From contig JAOADU010000021.1 of NCBI GenBank assembly GCA_026417155.1, positions 521 to 64,520 of the forward strand: a DNA stretch of 64,000 nucleotides, in the 5' to 3' direction. Below, piece after piece: positions 27,716 through 36,254 of this stretch (positions are counted from its first letter, which is position 1; every line of letters starts with the position of its first letter). This DNA comes from Bacteroidales bacterium (lineage in GTDB: Bacteria > Bacteroidota > Bacteroidia > Bacteroidales > GWA2-32-17). Under the pieces are notes generated by a model, which was not told the DNA's origin, ran no database searches, and saw only the letters and a list, made by a program, of their open reading frames with translations. Position numbers and translations under genes: made by a program.

Positions 27716-28492
27716 CTATTGATCTTCGAGTAAAATGTATTTAACATTCATGGTATAAACACCTGGCTCAGCATATGTATTTGGCCCATTCACTGTAACA
27801 ATATCTTCGGCTGTTCCATCATTCAAACCAGCATTGGGGAATATAGCTGGCAAACCAGGTAAAATGCGATAATCAATAGTAAAATAGTAATCGCTGAAAG
27901 TACCTGCAGGTGCAATAGCAGTTAAGTAACTTCCACCGGGAGCACCTTCGCCTGCATTTGTTCCAAACTGACCCTGAATGTATTTTTGATCAACACCAGG
28001 AGTAGTGTAAGGTGTTGCACTATACCAAATGCTATTAACACCCACTGCCAAGGTTTGTGCAGGAGCAAATGGATTGCTATAATCGGTTTGAGCACCAGTG
28101 GCCGTTGGATCATATTGGTTAGGTTCGTACTGACGTAATTCTAATGCACTTAATGGAATTTGATTAATTGAATTAGCGCCACCACCATTGCTATAAGAAA
28201 CTTGTTGATCCCAAAACTGACCATTTTGAGAAGTTCCTACAGCATACAAATCCCAACTAACAGATGAAGATACTTTTAGGATTGTTGCAGCATACTTAAT
28301 AATACCACCATAGTAATCTTTAATTTCATCGAACACAAAATCAATTTGATCCGATGTAGTCATGTGGAGTTGCAATACAGGTTGCAGATCCATGGTTACT
28401 GTTACATTCTTTTCGTCAATTAACTGGCCGAATGTTAAGCCACTAAGTAGGAAAATTCCTACAAACAAACTTAAAACTTTTTTCATAGACAT
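27716..28492 (-). CDS. Secreted 258-aa protein (candidate major subunit)
   Basis: Signal peptide MSMKKVLSLFVGIFLLSGLTFGQ with no lipobox Cys. The mature N-terminus has an alternating stretch NVTVTMDLQPVLQL. MTTSDQIDFVFDEIKDY and YYFTIDYRILPG...EPGVYTMNVKY are shared with the 215-aa paralog. No T9SS C-terminal domain. Confidence 0.7.
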   Translation of the reverse strand: MSMKKVLSLFVGIFLLSGLTFGQLIDEKNVTVTMDLQPVLQLHMTTSDQIDFVFDEIKDYYGGIIKYAATILKVSSSVSWDLYAVGTSQNGQFWDQQVSYSNGGGANSINQIPLSALELRQYEPNQYDPTATGAQTDYSNPFAPAQTLAVGVNSIWYSATPYTTPGVDQKYIQGQFGTNAGEGAPGGSYLTAIAPAGTFSDYYFTIDYRILPGLPAIFPNAGLNDGTAEDIVTVNGPNTYAEPGVYTMNVKYILLEDQ

Positions 28493-28699
28493 AAAATTTA
28501 GTTAGACATAAGGTTTTATAAAATTTTTAAAAATACATTATTTACTTTGTAACTAAACGAAGCGAAGTTACCACGCTTTCTGCAAATCCATCCTTGATGT
28601 TTTTGCAGAGAAAAAATCATTTGCTTCCTTTCAATTATTAACATTTGTTTTAGGGTTAATTCTATGCCTTTATACTTAATAATCATAAAAAAGTTTCAA

Positions 28700-29545
28700 T
28701 TATTTAATTTCAAAATCTGCTTGTGCTGCTATCATTTCTTCGGCATCACCAAAATCTACCACACCCACAGCAGTATATTTACCAGGCAATAACTCGTTTG
28801 GCAAGTCTATTTTAAATTCTCTGATAAATTGAGGCAAAATGGTAAACCTTTTTACATTTACTTTTTTCTGTTCACCCGTTTGTAAATTTGTTAATGAAAT
28901 ATACGAACTACAAAAACTTATCCCATCTCCGACGTTTTTGACCTTCAAGTCGAAATATTTTTTACCTTCCTTATCAACAAACTGAAATTTTTCAATATTA
29001 ACCTTATTAGTTTTCACGTTAGGTGGGTTCTGATAAATATAAACACCAAAACCAATGGAAGGTAAAATACCCATTGCCAAACGGTTAGGATGTGGTTCCA
29101 AATCAAGTGGCGATCTTTCTACAACTTGATCAATTGTTACAATTGTCCATAATGCCTTATACATATCGGCACTATCTGGAATACTTATTGTTAATTTTAC
29201 TTTTATCTCTTCACCAGGCTTTAATTCGAAATAACTAGGTGCTACGCTTATATATCTCGATAAACAATATTTGCATTGTGAGGGTTGTGGAGCAACGGGC
29301 TTACCCTGAGGATTCATCTCAAAATCGTTAAAACCCACATTAAATCGATAATTTTTTTTTGTATCGTTTTTTACTTTAATTTCCTTTGTAACACTTGTAC
29401 CGGGCTTAATATTTAAGTGCATACTCGAGGGAGAAACTGCAACTCCCATATCCTGAAATGCAGAATCGGGAATAGATGGTCGTTGTTGTGCTGTAACTAC
29501 TATAACTGTGAGAAGGAAAAGCATTGTTAGACATTTGTTTTTCAT
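28700..29545 (-). CDS. Secreted two-domain Ig-like protein (periplasmic chaperone-like candidate)
   Basis: ATG at 29545 gives the signal peptide MKNKCLTMLFLLTVIVVTAQQ. Two halves have the pattern of beta-sandwich domains: VAVSPSSMHLNIKPGTSVTKEIKVKNDTKKNYRFNV and NIEKFQFVDKEGKKYFDLKVKNVGDGISF...LPGKYTAVGVVDFG. Confidence 0.65.
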   Translation of the reverse strand: MKNKCLTMLFLLTVIVVTAQQRPSIPDSAFQDMGVAVSPSSMHLNIKPGTSVTKEIKVKNDTKKNYRFNVGFNDFEMNPQGKPVAPQPSQCKYCLSRYISVAPSYFELKPGEEIKVKLTISIPDSADMYKALWTIVTIDQVVERSPLDLEPHPNRLAMGILPSIGFGVYIYQNPPNVKTNKVNIEKFQFVDKEGKKYFDLKVKNVGDGISFCSSYISLTNLQTGEQKKVNVKRFTILPQFIREFKIDLPNELLPGKYTAVGVVDFGDAEEMIAAQADFEIK

Positions 29546-29591
29546 ATTCAGCAATTTATGCCCTTTTACGATAATATCATTATTGTAGTTA

Positions 29592-29599
29592 CAAAGCTA
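29592..29599 (-). promoter_or_regulatory. Candidate -7 box TAGCTTTG for the chaperone-like gene
   Basis: The minus strand matches TAnnTTTG about 45 nt upstream of the ATG at 29545. A cTTG lies 21 nt further upstream. A T10 run (A10 on the plus strand, 29601-29610) occupies the spacer. Confidence 0.35.
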
Positions 29600-29674
29600 T
29601 AAAAAAAAAATTAAAATAAGCAAGTCATAAAAAGAAACCATTAGAAATAATATTCTGTCTATATCATAGAAACA

Positions 29675-29705
29675 TTTGTTTGAAATCTATTTTATTGTAT
29701 ATTTG
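29675..29705 (+). promoter_or_regulatory. Candidate Bacteroidota sigma-A promoter: TTTG - 19 nt - TATATTTG
   Basis: TTTG at 29675-29678 and TAnnTTTG at 29698-29705, 17 nt before the ATG at 29723. The spacing fits the -33/-7 consensus as I recall it. Confidence 0.5.
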
Positions 29706-29722
29706 CTCAAAAAATAAATATT

Positions 29723-29842
29723 ATGGAAACCTTAAAAGAAGAATGGGAAAGTCCTGCTATTACAGAAATTTCTATTAAAGATGCAAAAGGTGGAGGTTAT
29801 ACCTTTGACGATGGAGACCTTGCTCCATCATTGAGTGCATAA
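29723..29842 (+). CDS. 39-aa upstream small ORF (METLKEEWESPAITEISIKDAKGGGYTFDDGDLAPSLSA)
   Basis: Found by manual translation; it is below the track length cutoff. It starts at the first ATG after an in-frame TGA at 29681. Its stop TAA overlaps the ATG at 29842 of the adhesin reading frame (TAATG). It sits directly downstream of a good promoter match. Confidence 0.35.
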   Translation: METLKEEWESPAITEISIKDAKGGGYTFDDGDLAPSLSA

Positions 29843-29868
29843 TGTTTAATAACCTAAATTTTTTAACT

Positions 29869-32800
29869 ATGAAAATATTTTGTTTTTTTATCGGATTATT
29901 TGTTTCATGTGCTTTATTTTCCCAACGAAACGATTTATTATGGTTAAAACATGTTACAGGGGTTGGTAATAGCATCCCTACAGCTATTGTAATTGATGCC
30001 GCAGGAAATCATTACATTGCGGGAAATTTTACTACAACCATTAGTGTCGAATCCAATAATTATACTTCTGTAGGCGGACAAGACATTTATGTAATAAAGT
30101 ATAATAATCAAGGACAAGCACTCTGGACTATCACGATTGGAGGAACAAGTGCCGAAAATGTTAATGGGCTAGCATTAAGTCCCGATGGAAGTTTTTTATA
30201 TGTAGGCGGTCAATTCCAAAGTGCAAGTTGTAGTTTTGGTTCTACTAATCTCTCAACCTCCGGAGTAAATGATGTTTTTCTTGCAAAATATCAAACCTCT
30301 AATGGAAATTTAGTCTGGGCTATAAAATCGGCCTATGGAACAAATCAACAATTAGTAGGAAATTTAACTGTCGATCCTTCGGGCAATATAGTACAAATTG
30401 GTAAATATATTGATAATGTAACTTTTTACGGAGGCACTGTAACGCTAAATTCTCCTTTTGTAGGTATTCAGCAAAATTATGTTTCAAAATTCGATCAAAA
30501 CGGTAATTTAATTTGGGCAAAACAATTTACCGGCGATAACTCTAATAGTTATATTCGAAATGTAAGTGCCGACAACAACTATTATTATTTCAGTGGTTTA
30601 TATGCTGGAACTTTTAACTTAGATGCAAATGTTTTAAATAGTACTAGCAACACAAGAGACATGATTTTATTTCGCACCGATTTAAATGGTAATGTTCAAT
30701 GGTACAGAAAAGTAACTGGAACAGGCGAAGATTACATCATTCGACATCATACCGATTTTTCTAGTTTTCAATATGTAACAGGTTATTATTCTAGCCCAAC
30801 ATTAACAATAGATTCAACAGCCACAGTTACTTCTTTAAAAAATTGCCCAAATGTAGGAAGCAACGATATATTTACAGCGTGTTATTCGTATGATGGAACA
30901 CTACAATGGGTTAGAGCATATGGATCTACTGGTAGCGATCTTGGTCTTGGAGTTTTTGCCAATGCCGACCACGTTATTTTCACAGGTTCTTATACAGGAA
31001 ACATTTCGTTTGGCTCATTTAATTTAACCAATAGTTCTACCGACGCTTATATGCTCGAAACAGACCGAAATGGGAATGTGTTAGGCGTAAATCGTGGATG
31101 GGGAACAAACACAGAAAGCTGTGAAAATGGTACTATCGATGCTAATAATGCAAACTTGTTTGTTGGCTCATTTAATTCCACTACATTTAATCTTTCTAAT
31201 AAAACTCTTACAAATCCATCGGCAGCAACGTACGATATGTTTTTCGCAAAATTTGGTCGTATAATTCTGACATTTAATGTAACCAACAACTTGTGTTACG
31301 GTGATGCCAATGGAAGTATCGATTTAACTGTTTCGGGCGATGGATTGGCACCGTACTCCTATCAATGGTCTGGACCTTATGGATTTACATCAAACAATGA
31401 AGATATATCAAATTTGCCAGCCGGATGGTATAAGGTAACCGTTACCGATGCAAATAATATTAAAAAAATAGATTCGGCTTATGTTGCCGAAGGAAATGCT
31501 ATTTTATTGGTTTTCAATACTACTAATACCAGTTGTTATGGAATACACGATGGTTCTATAGATTTAAGTGTTAGTGGTGGTGCTTCACCATATTCGTTTG
31601 TTTGGTCAACCGGTCAAAATACCGAAGACATTACTGGTTTAATGCCTGGTACGTACTACGTCACCGTTACCGATGCTAACATGTGTACTACAACTGGTTC
31701 ATCAACAATTACTTCACCAGCAGCTCTTAATATCATTGAAGTCATTTCTCCTCCATCGTGTGTGCCTGGAAATGATGCATCAATTGATATAACAGTATTA
31801 GGCGGAACTGCTCCTTTTTCATTCCTATGGTCAACAGGAAGTACAACTGAAGATCTTTCATCGCTCAGCGTAGGATCATATTCTGTTACGGTAACCGACT
31901 TCAATAATTGTACAATAAGCAAAACTTTTCAAATTGTTAATCCTTGGGCGCCTACCATTTCTGCTATTGTCAATGCTCCTTCATGCTCGCCCGGAAATGA
32001 TGGAAGCATAGATGTGATTATTAGTGGTGGCACTATTCCTTACTCTTTTATATGGAATGATGGAGATATTAATGAAGATAAATTTAATTTATCAGCTGGC
32101 ACATATAGTATAACAGTTACTGATGCCAATAATTGTTCGGCTGTTAAATCAAATATTATTGTACCAGTAAGTAATCCACCATCATTATCATATATTGCAA
32201 AAAAACCTTCGTGTAATCCTGGAAGTGATGGAGAAATTGATTTAATCGTTTACAATGGAACCATGCCATTTACTTATCAATGGAATAATGGAGCTACTAC
32301 TCAAGATATCAGTGCACTTATACCAGCTCAATATTCGGTTACTGTTAGCGATAGTAAAAATTGTACAGCAACATTAACTATTCCATTAACCATTGATTCA
32401 CCATTAGTTAGCATAACATACAATGGGAATACAACCTTTTGCCAAGGAAATACGTTAATGCTATATGCAACCAATAGCAATGGTTTTTCGTTCGAGTGGC
32501 AACTAAATGGTAACAGTATAGCAAATAGCAACGTACCTGTTTGGGCTGCCAATCAAACAGGGAACTATTCTGTGGTAGCAACAAATGCATCTGGCTGTAA
32601 AGGCTATTCAAATACTGTTTCTATTAATGTTTTACCTAATCCTACTATTACCATTAATGCCTCATCTAATTTTATTTGTGAGGGAACACCTGTATTATTA
32701 ACAGCTAATGGAGCCTTGAACTATGTATGGAGCTCGGGCAGTACACAAAACCCTATACAAGTACAACCATCTTCAACTACAACATACACCGTAACCGGAA

Positions 32801-35151
32801 CCGATGCTAATGGTTGTAAAAATACTGCTCAGTCTACTATTACAGTTAATCAAAAACCAGTTATTTCTGGAATCGTTAACAACGAAAACTGCAACAATGG
32901 CAATGGTAGTATAAACATTACCGTAACAGGTGGACAAACTCCTTATTCTTACTCTTGGTCGAATGGTGCTACTACCGAAGATATTTCAAATTTAAACGAT
33001 GGTACTTACACTGTAACAGTTACTACAGCATTTAACTGTACACAAACTTACTCTGCAACTGTACTTCCATTTATACCATTACAAGCTTCCATAAATACTC
33101 ATTCATTAATTATATTCTGCCAACAAATCCCTAATGGCGAAGCTCATGTTGTTGCTTCAAACGGGAAATCGCCTTACACATATCAATGGTCGAATGGAGT
33201 AAATACTTCATATAATACACAAATTGGTGTAGGCACTACTTATGTAACAGTTACCGATCAATGCAATCATACAGTAGTCGATTCGATAAAAGTTACTTCT
33301 TTGCCTCCGTTACAAATACAAATCACTTCTTCTGAACCAGCAACCTGTCTTACTTCGGCCGATGGAGAAGCAACAGTTGTAACCATAAATGGTGTCCCAC
33401 CGTTTACCTATGCTTGGTCAAATTCAAGCAATACTACTCCAAATGTAAACAATTTACCTGTTGGAATGCAATATGTTACCGTTACCGATGCTTGTGGCTC
33501 TAAAGTTGATTCCGTATTAATTGATCATTTACCATCTATGCAAGCATCTATTCTTTATTTTACTCAAGTTAGTTGTAGTGGAGCAAATGATGGTTCTGCT
33601 GCTGTTTCTATTTTAGATGGCGTACCACCATTCAGCTATCAATGGTCGAATGGCGAAACGACAGCTACTGCTACCCAGCTTTCCGAAGGTTTTCATGCCG
33701 TAACAGTTACTGATGCTTGCGGATGGACAACCTTATCAGTTACAATAACTGCTCCAACGCCTTTGAATATAAACATTACCGATTCTTCTGCCGCATCTTG
33801 TTCAAATATTTCTGACGGAACGGCTTTTGTAACAGCTATAAATGGCACGCTTCCCTACACATATCTTTGGTCGTCGGGCGAAACAAATTCTAATGCTACT
33901 CACTTGAGTGCTGGATGGAACTATGTTACTGTAAGCGATGCTTGTACTACACTCGTCGATTCTGTATTTATCACAATAGTGCCACCATTATCTGCAAGCA
34001 TTTCATTTATTAACGATGCTACATGTAAACACACTAATGATGGAAAAGCTTTTGTAATTACCGAAAATGGAGTACCACCTTTCCAATATACTTGGTCAAA
34101 TTCAACAAGTACATCAAATACAGCATTAGATTTACCCGTTGGATGGAACTACGTTACTGTTTCTGATATTTGTACAACAATTAAAGATTCGGTTTATATT
34201 GGTTATCGTCCACCATTAAATCCAGTTTTAACTGTAACACCATCTAAATGTAGCTTTGATAGTTCTGGTTCTGCATCCATTCAAACATTTTTTGGCGTTC
34301 CTCCCTTTAATTATCTATGGAGCACTTCATCTACCGATACTGCTATTTATAATTTACCAGTAGGCAATTATTCTGTAACCATATCAGACTTTTGCAATGA
34401 TACTGTGATCACATTCAATGTTACACATCAAAAACCTCTCAGCATATCTATTGTAAAAAACAATCCTACATGCTATAAGCTATCTAATGGTTCAATAACA
34501 CTAATTGCCGAGAATGGAGTTCAACCCATATCATATAGCTGGGCAAACCATACTTCTACAAATCCTACTTTACCATCACTCTCGGCAGGGTGGTATCGCT
34601 TTACAGTTTCCGATTATTGTATAAGCATTATAGATTCAACATTACTTACAGAACCTTCGCCATTGGGTATAATTACAAACATTACTGATGCAACCATGTA
34701 TTCCATCAATGATGGAAGTATAGAAATTACCACTGTTGGAGGGACACCGCCTTATCAATATCAATGGTCGAATAATCAAACAACTGAAGACATAAACAAT
34801 TTATTACCTGGCAATTACTACTTAACAATTACCGATATTCATCAATGTCAATTCGTTGATACATTTTACGTTGGTTATAAAGCATCGTTTATAGAAATAT
34901 ATAACGCATTTACCCCTAACGGTGATGGCAAAAACGATGTTTGGAACATTAAGAATATTGAACATTTCCCGAATTGTGAAGTTGTTGTTTACGACCAATG
35001 GGGTGTAAAAGTCTTTGAATCTGATGGATATACCAAACCGTGGGATGGTACGTACAAAGACAAACCACTCCCTGCTGGGGTTTATTACTATGTTATTGAT
35101 TTGAAAAATAATGAAAAAGCAATTACTGGTTCATTAACAATTTTAAAATAA
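29869..35151 (+). CDS. Giant SprB-repeat adhesin-like protein with beta-propeller (SBBP-like) N-terminal region and T9SS type B (gliding-motility-associated) C-terminal domain
   Basis: Signal peptide MKIFCFFIGLFVSCALFSQ (ATG at 29869; alternative coupled ATG at 29842). About 14 repeats of the form C-x-G-x-x-[DN]G-S-I...GG-x-x-P[YF]-x-[YF]-x-WS (e.g. LCYGDANGSIDLTVSGDGLAPYSYQWSG). C-terminal AFTPNGDGKNDVWNI...VYDQWGVKVFE...WDGTYKDKPLPAGVYYYVI. Confidence 0.9.
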   Translation: MKIFCFFIGLFVSCALFSQRNDLLWLKHVTGVGNSIPTAIVIDAAGNHYIAGNFTTTISVESNNYTSVGGQDIYVIKYNNQGQALWTITIGGTSAENVNGLALSPDGSFLYVGGQFQSASCSFGSTNLSTSGVNDVFLAKYQTSNGNLVWAIKSAYGTNQQLVGNLTVDPSGNIVQIGKYIDNVTFYGGTVTLNSPFVGIQQNYVSKFDQNGNLIWAKQFTGDNSNSYIRNVSADNNYYYFSGLYAGTFNLDANVLNSTSNTRDMILFRTDLNGNVQWYRKVTGTGEDYIIRHHTDFSSFQYVTGYYSSPTLTIDSTATVTSLKNCPNVGSNDIFTACYSYDGTLQWVRAYGSTGSDLGLGVFANADHVIFTGSYTGNISFGSFNLTNSSTDAYMLETDRNGNVLGVNRGWGTNTESCENGTIDANNANLFVGSFNSTTFNLSNKTLTNPSAATYDMFFAKFGRIILTFNVTNNLCYGDANGSIDLTVSGDGLAPYSYQWSGPYGFTSNNEDISNLPAGWYKVTVTDANNIKKIDSAYVAEGNAILLVFNTTNTSCYGIHDGSIDLSVSGGASPYSFVWSTGQNTEDITGLMPGTYYVTVTDANMCTTTGSSTITSPAALNIIEVISPPSCVPGNDASIDITVLGGTAPFSFLWSTGSTTEDLSSLSVGSYSVTVTDFNNCTISKTFQIVNPWAPTISAIVNAPSCSPGNDGSIDVIISGGTIPYSFIWNDGDINEDKFNLSAGTYSITVTDANNCSAVKSNIIVPVSNPPSLSYIAKKPSCNPGSDGEIDLIVYNGTMPFTYQWNNGATTQDISALIPAQYSVTVSDSKNCTATLTIPLTIDSPLVSITYNGNTTFCQGNTLMLYATNSNGFSFEWQLNGNSIANSNVPVWAANQTGNYSVVATNASGCKGYSNTVSINVLPNPTITINASSNFICEGTPVLLTANGALNYVWSSGSTQNPIQVQPSSTTTYTVTGTDANGCKNTAQSTITVNQKPVISGIVNNENCNNGNGSINITVTGGQTPYSYSWSNGATTEDISNLNDGTYTVTVTTAFNCTQTYSATVLPFIPLQASINTHSLIIFCQQIPNGEAHVVASNGKSPYTYQWSNGVNTSYNTQIGVGTTYVTVTDQCNHTVVDSIKVTSLPPLQIQITSSEPATCLTSADGEATVVTINGVPPFTYAWSNSSNTTPNVNNLPVGMQYVTVTDACGSKVDSVLIDHLPSMQASILYFTQVSCSGANDGSAAVSILDGVPPFSYQWSNGETTATATQLSEGFHAVTVTDACGWTTLSVTITAPTPLNINITDSSAASCSNISDGTAFVTAINGTLPYTYLWSSGETNSNATHLSAGWNYVTVSDACTTLVDSVFITIVPPLSASISFINDATCKHTNDGKAFVITENGVPPFQYTWSNSTSTSNTALDLPVGWNYVTVSDICTTIKDSVYIGYRPPLNPVLTVTPSKCSFDSSGSASIQTFFGVPPFNYLWSTSSTDTAIYNLPVGNYSVTISDFCNDTVITFNVTHQKPLSISIVKNNPTCYKLSNGSITLIAENGVQPISYSWANHTSTNPTLPSLSAGWYRFTVSDYCISIIDSTLLTEPSPLGIITNITDATMYSINDGSIEITTVGGTPPYQYQWSNNQTTEDINNLLPGNYYLTITDIHQCQFVDTFYVGYKASFIEIYNAFTPNGDGKNDVWNIKNIEHFPNCEVVVYDQWGVKVFESDGYTKPWDGTYKDKPLPAGVYYYVIDLKNNEKAITGSLTILK
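31273..34872 (+). repeat. SprB-repeat array (protein-level tandem repeats of about 75-80 aa), interrupted by Ig-like domains at about 32390-32870
   Basis: Recurrent ...NGSI.L.V.GG..PY.Y.WS.G.T.....L..G.Y.VTVTD...C... units read from the translation. Confidence 0.85.
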
Positions 35152-35159
35152 CTTAGATT

Positions 35160-36068
35160 ATGAGAACTCTAAAAACCATCATTAGCATATATTTTGTTGG
35201 CTTAAGTGCAATGTTATATGCACAACAAATTCCAACATTAAGTCAATACATGGAAAACAATTATTTACTAAATCCTGGGGCAGCAGGTACAAATTCCAGT
35301 AACCCTATATCATTTCATTACAAAAAATGGTGGTCAGGGTTTAGCGAATCGCCTACCATGCAATCCATTACAGCTCATTATTCTTTAACACCATCTGTTG
35401 GTTTAGGGGGCAAAATTTTTAATTATTCATTAGGTCCTCTTTCCAAATTAGGTATCGAAGGAACATATGCCTATCACTTTAAAGTTACGGAAAATTCAAA
35501 ATTATCGTTAGGATTATCTGCTCAACTATATCAATTTTACATAAATAAGAATTTATTAAAACTAGAAGAAGAAAACGACGCAGCAATTGTATATAGTAGC
35601 GACAAAATTATTGTTCCCGATGCTGCTTTCGGTATTTATTATTATCACGAAAAATATTTTGCTGGAATTTCGGTATATCAATTGTTCAACCGCAAGGTAC
35701 ATATGATGAATAACAATTACCTCGAAAACCGTCAAATACGTCATTACTTTCTTACTGCCGGATACAGGTTTGATATTAACAACAACATAAGCCTTGAACC
35801 ATCATTTTTAATTAAATTAATAGAAAAAGGTATCGGACAAGCAGATGTAAATCTTCGTACGATTTTTAATGAATTATTATGGGCAGGTTTTTCATATCGA
35901 ACTAGCGAATCGCTTGTTCTAAATGCAGGTATAAAAAGAGAGCGGTTTGCTTTGGGTTATGCATACGATTGGCCATTATCTGATATAAAACAACACAGCC
36001 TAGGTTCGCACGAATTATATTTTTCTTTCTTTTTTAATAAATCGAAGACAAAGCTTGTTACACCATAA
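35160..36068 (+). CDS. sprF: PorP/SprF family type IX secretion membrane protein
   Basis: Signal peptide plus QQIPTLSQYMENNYLLNPGAAGT (the family signature Q-x-P-x-x-SQY...NPA/G). It lies immediately downstream (8 nt) of a type B C-terminal-domain protein, the canonical pairing. Confidence 0.88.
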   Translation: MRTLKTIISIYFVGLSAMLYAQQIPTLSQYMENNYLLNPGAAGTNSSNPISFHYKKWWSGFSESPTMQSITAHYSLTPSVGLGGKIFNYSLGPLSKLGIEGTYAYHFKVTENSKLSLGLSAQLYQFYINKNLLKLEEENDAAIVYSSDKIIVPDAAFGIYYYHEKYFAGISVYQLFNRKVHMMNNNYLENRQIRHYFLTAGYRFDINNNISLEPSFLIKLIEKGIGQADVNLRTIFNELLWAGFSYRTSESLVLNAGIKRERFALGYAYDWPLSDIKQHSLGSHELYFSFFFNKSKTKLVTP

Positions 36069-36138
36069 AAATTTTCAAAAAATTGAAAATAAATTTGGCA
36101 AAATTAAAAATTGCTATTACATTTGCGTCTCAAATTTT

Positions 36139-36213
36139 GGGAGCTTAGCTCAGCTGGTTCAGAGCACCTGCCTTACAAGCAGGGGGTCAATGGTTCGAAT
36201 CCATTAGCTCCCA
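36139..36213 (+). tRNA. tRNA-Val (anticodon TAC)
   Basis: 75-nt cloverleaf folded by hand. Acceptor GGGAGCT/AGCTCCC, D arm GCTC...GAGC, anticodon stem CCTGC/GCAGG with loop CTTACAA, T arm AATGG-TTCGAAT-CCATT, discriminator A. CCA is not encoded. Confidence 0.92.
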
Positions 36214-36224
36214 CTTTTAGTGCC

Positions 36225-36254
36225 AAGCTTCATGAAAAACATGAAGCTTTTTTA
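36225..36254. terminator. Bidirectional intrinsic terminator hairpin
   Basis: AAGCTTCATG-AAAAA-CATGAAGCTT is a perfect 10-bp stem followed by TTTTTATTTT. It sits between tRNA-Val (+) and the 3' end of pgeF (-). Confidence 0.65.

Noticed and set aside
28578-28612. 8-bp inverted repeat TCTGCAAA...TTTGCAGA in the 207-bp gap between the chaperone-like gene and the 258-aa subunit gene (possible terminator, invertible-promoter end or small RNA).
   Set aside because: It has a short stem with a 15-nt loop and no U-tract. There is no matching second repeat to define an invertible segment and no recombinase in the window. It is insufficient on its own.
29723-29842. The 39-aa peptide as a lasso-peptide or other RiPP precursor (GGGYTFDD would place Asp at core positions 7-8).
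   Set aside because: There is no Thr at the -2 position of the putative leader. No lasso cyclase, leader peptidase, radical-SAM or C39-ABC exporter gene lies anywhere nearby. It is kept only as a small upstream ORF.
31273-34872. The periodic sequence could be a DNA tandem repeat or CRISPR-like array.
   Set aside because: The periodicity is about 225-240 nt and is only well conserved at the protein level (SprB repeats) inside one long ORF. There are no short direct repeats with unique spacers and no cas genes.
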